Origin: Squalus acanthias
Taxonomy: Eukaryota
Assembly (NCBI GenBank): GCA_030390025.1
Contig: CM059452.1
Location: 6,386,001 to 6,450,000, forward strand
Length of the DNA stretch: 64,000 bases
Direction of reading: 5' to 3'
Below, one piece after another: positions 63,839 to 64,000 of this stretch (position 1 is the stretch's first letter; the number at the start of each line of letters is the position of its first letter). The notes beneath the pieces were generated by a model. The model ran no database searches. It was not told where the DNA came from and saw only the letters and a list, made by a program, of their open reading frames with translations. The translations under genes and the position numbers were made by a program.

Positions 63839-63876
63839 CACGGTGCTGTACAGAGCGAGCTCCTCATACAAAAACC
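63839..63876 (+). other. D1 3' RSS (22-bp spacer)
   Basis: CACGGTG (63839-63845), 22 nt, ACAAAAACC (63868-63876). Confidence 0.92.
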
Positions 63877-64000
63877 CCAGACAGGGAGTTTGCTCACACC
63901 TGCGATCACTGCCACGGCAGGAGCGGCGGAGAAAATGAGGCTTAAATTAAAATAATGGGTAAAAGTAACATAGATTTATAACAATTTATAAAAGTGTTTT

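Overview
Eukaryotic genomic DNA, almost certainly from a cartilaginous fish (shark). The evidence is a Heterodontus-type IgM VH-D cluster, Deu-domain SINEs and shark-type CR1 LINEs; the species cannot be determined. Left part (1-14 kb): a C2H2 zinc-finger gene cluster with CpG-island promoters. It holds one intact 12-finger gene, one 20-finger gene with a decayed 5' end, and the intron remnant of a third, divergently oriented paralogue. Middle (14-58 kb): mostly repeats. These are 39-bp G-rich, 27-bp and 67-bp satellites, nested CR1/L2/RTE LINEs, two Harbinger-like MITEs, solo-LTR-like elements, and a four-copy 5-7 kb tandem duplication. Right end, after a 235-N gap: an unrearranged, apparently functional immunoglobulin heavy-chain cluster (leader, VH, 23-RSS, D1 with 12/22 RSS) that runs off the window. 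The long ORFs over the satellites are artefacts. The leads most worth checking are: (i) nested insertions flanked by unusually long direct repeats (47 bp and ~115 bp); (ii) a four-fold amplified module carrying an octamer plus a TCR-type decamer upstream of an octamer-less VH promoter, with a CTCF-like site in between; (iii) phase-compatible mini-exons of an unidentified decayed minus-strand gene; (iv) 67-bp arrays that end in the same register at unrelated flanks. All of these are hypotheses from manual reading, no searches were run, and repeat boundaries are approximate.
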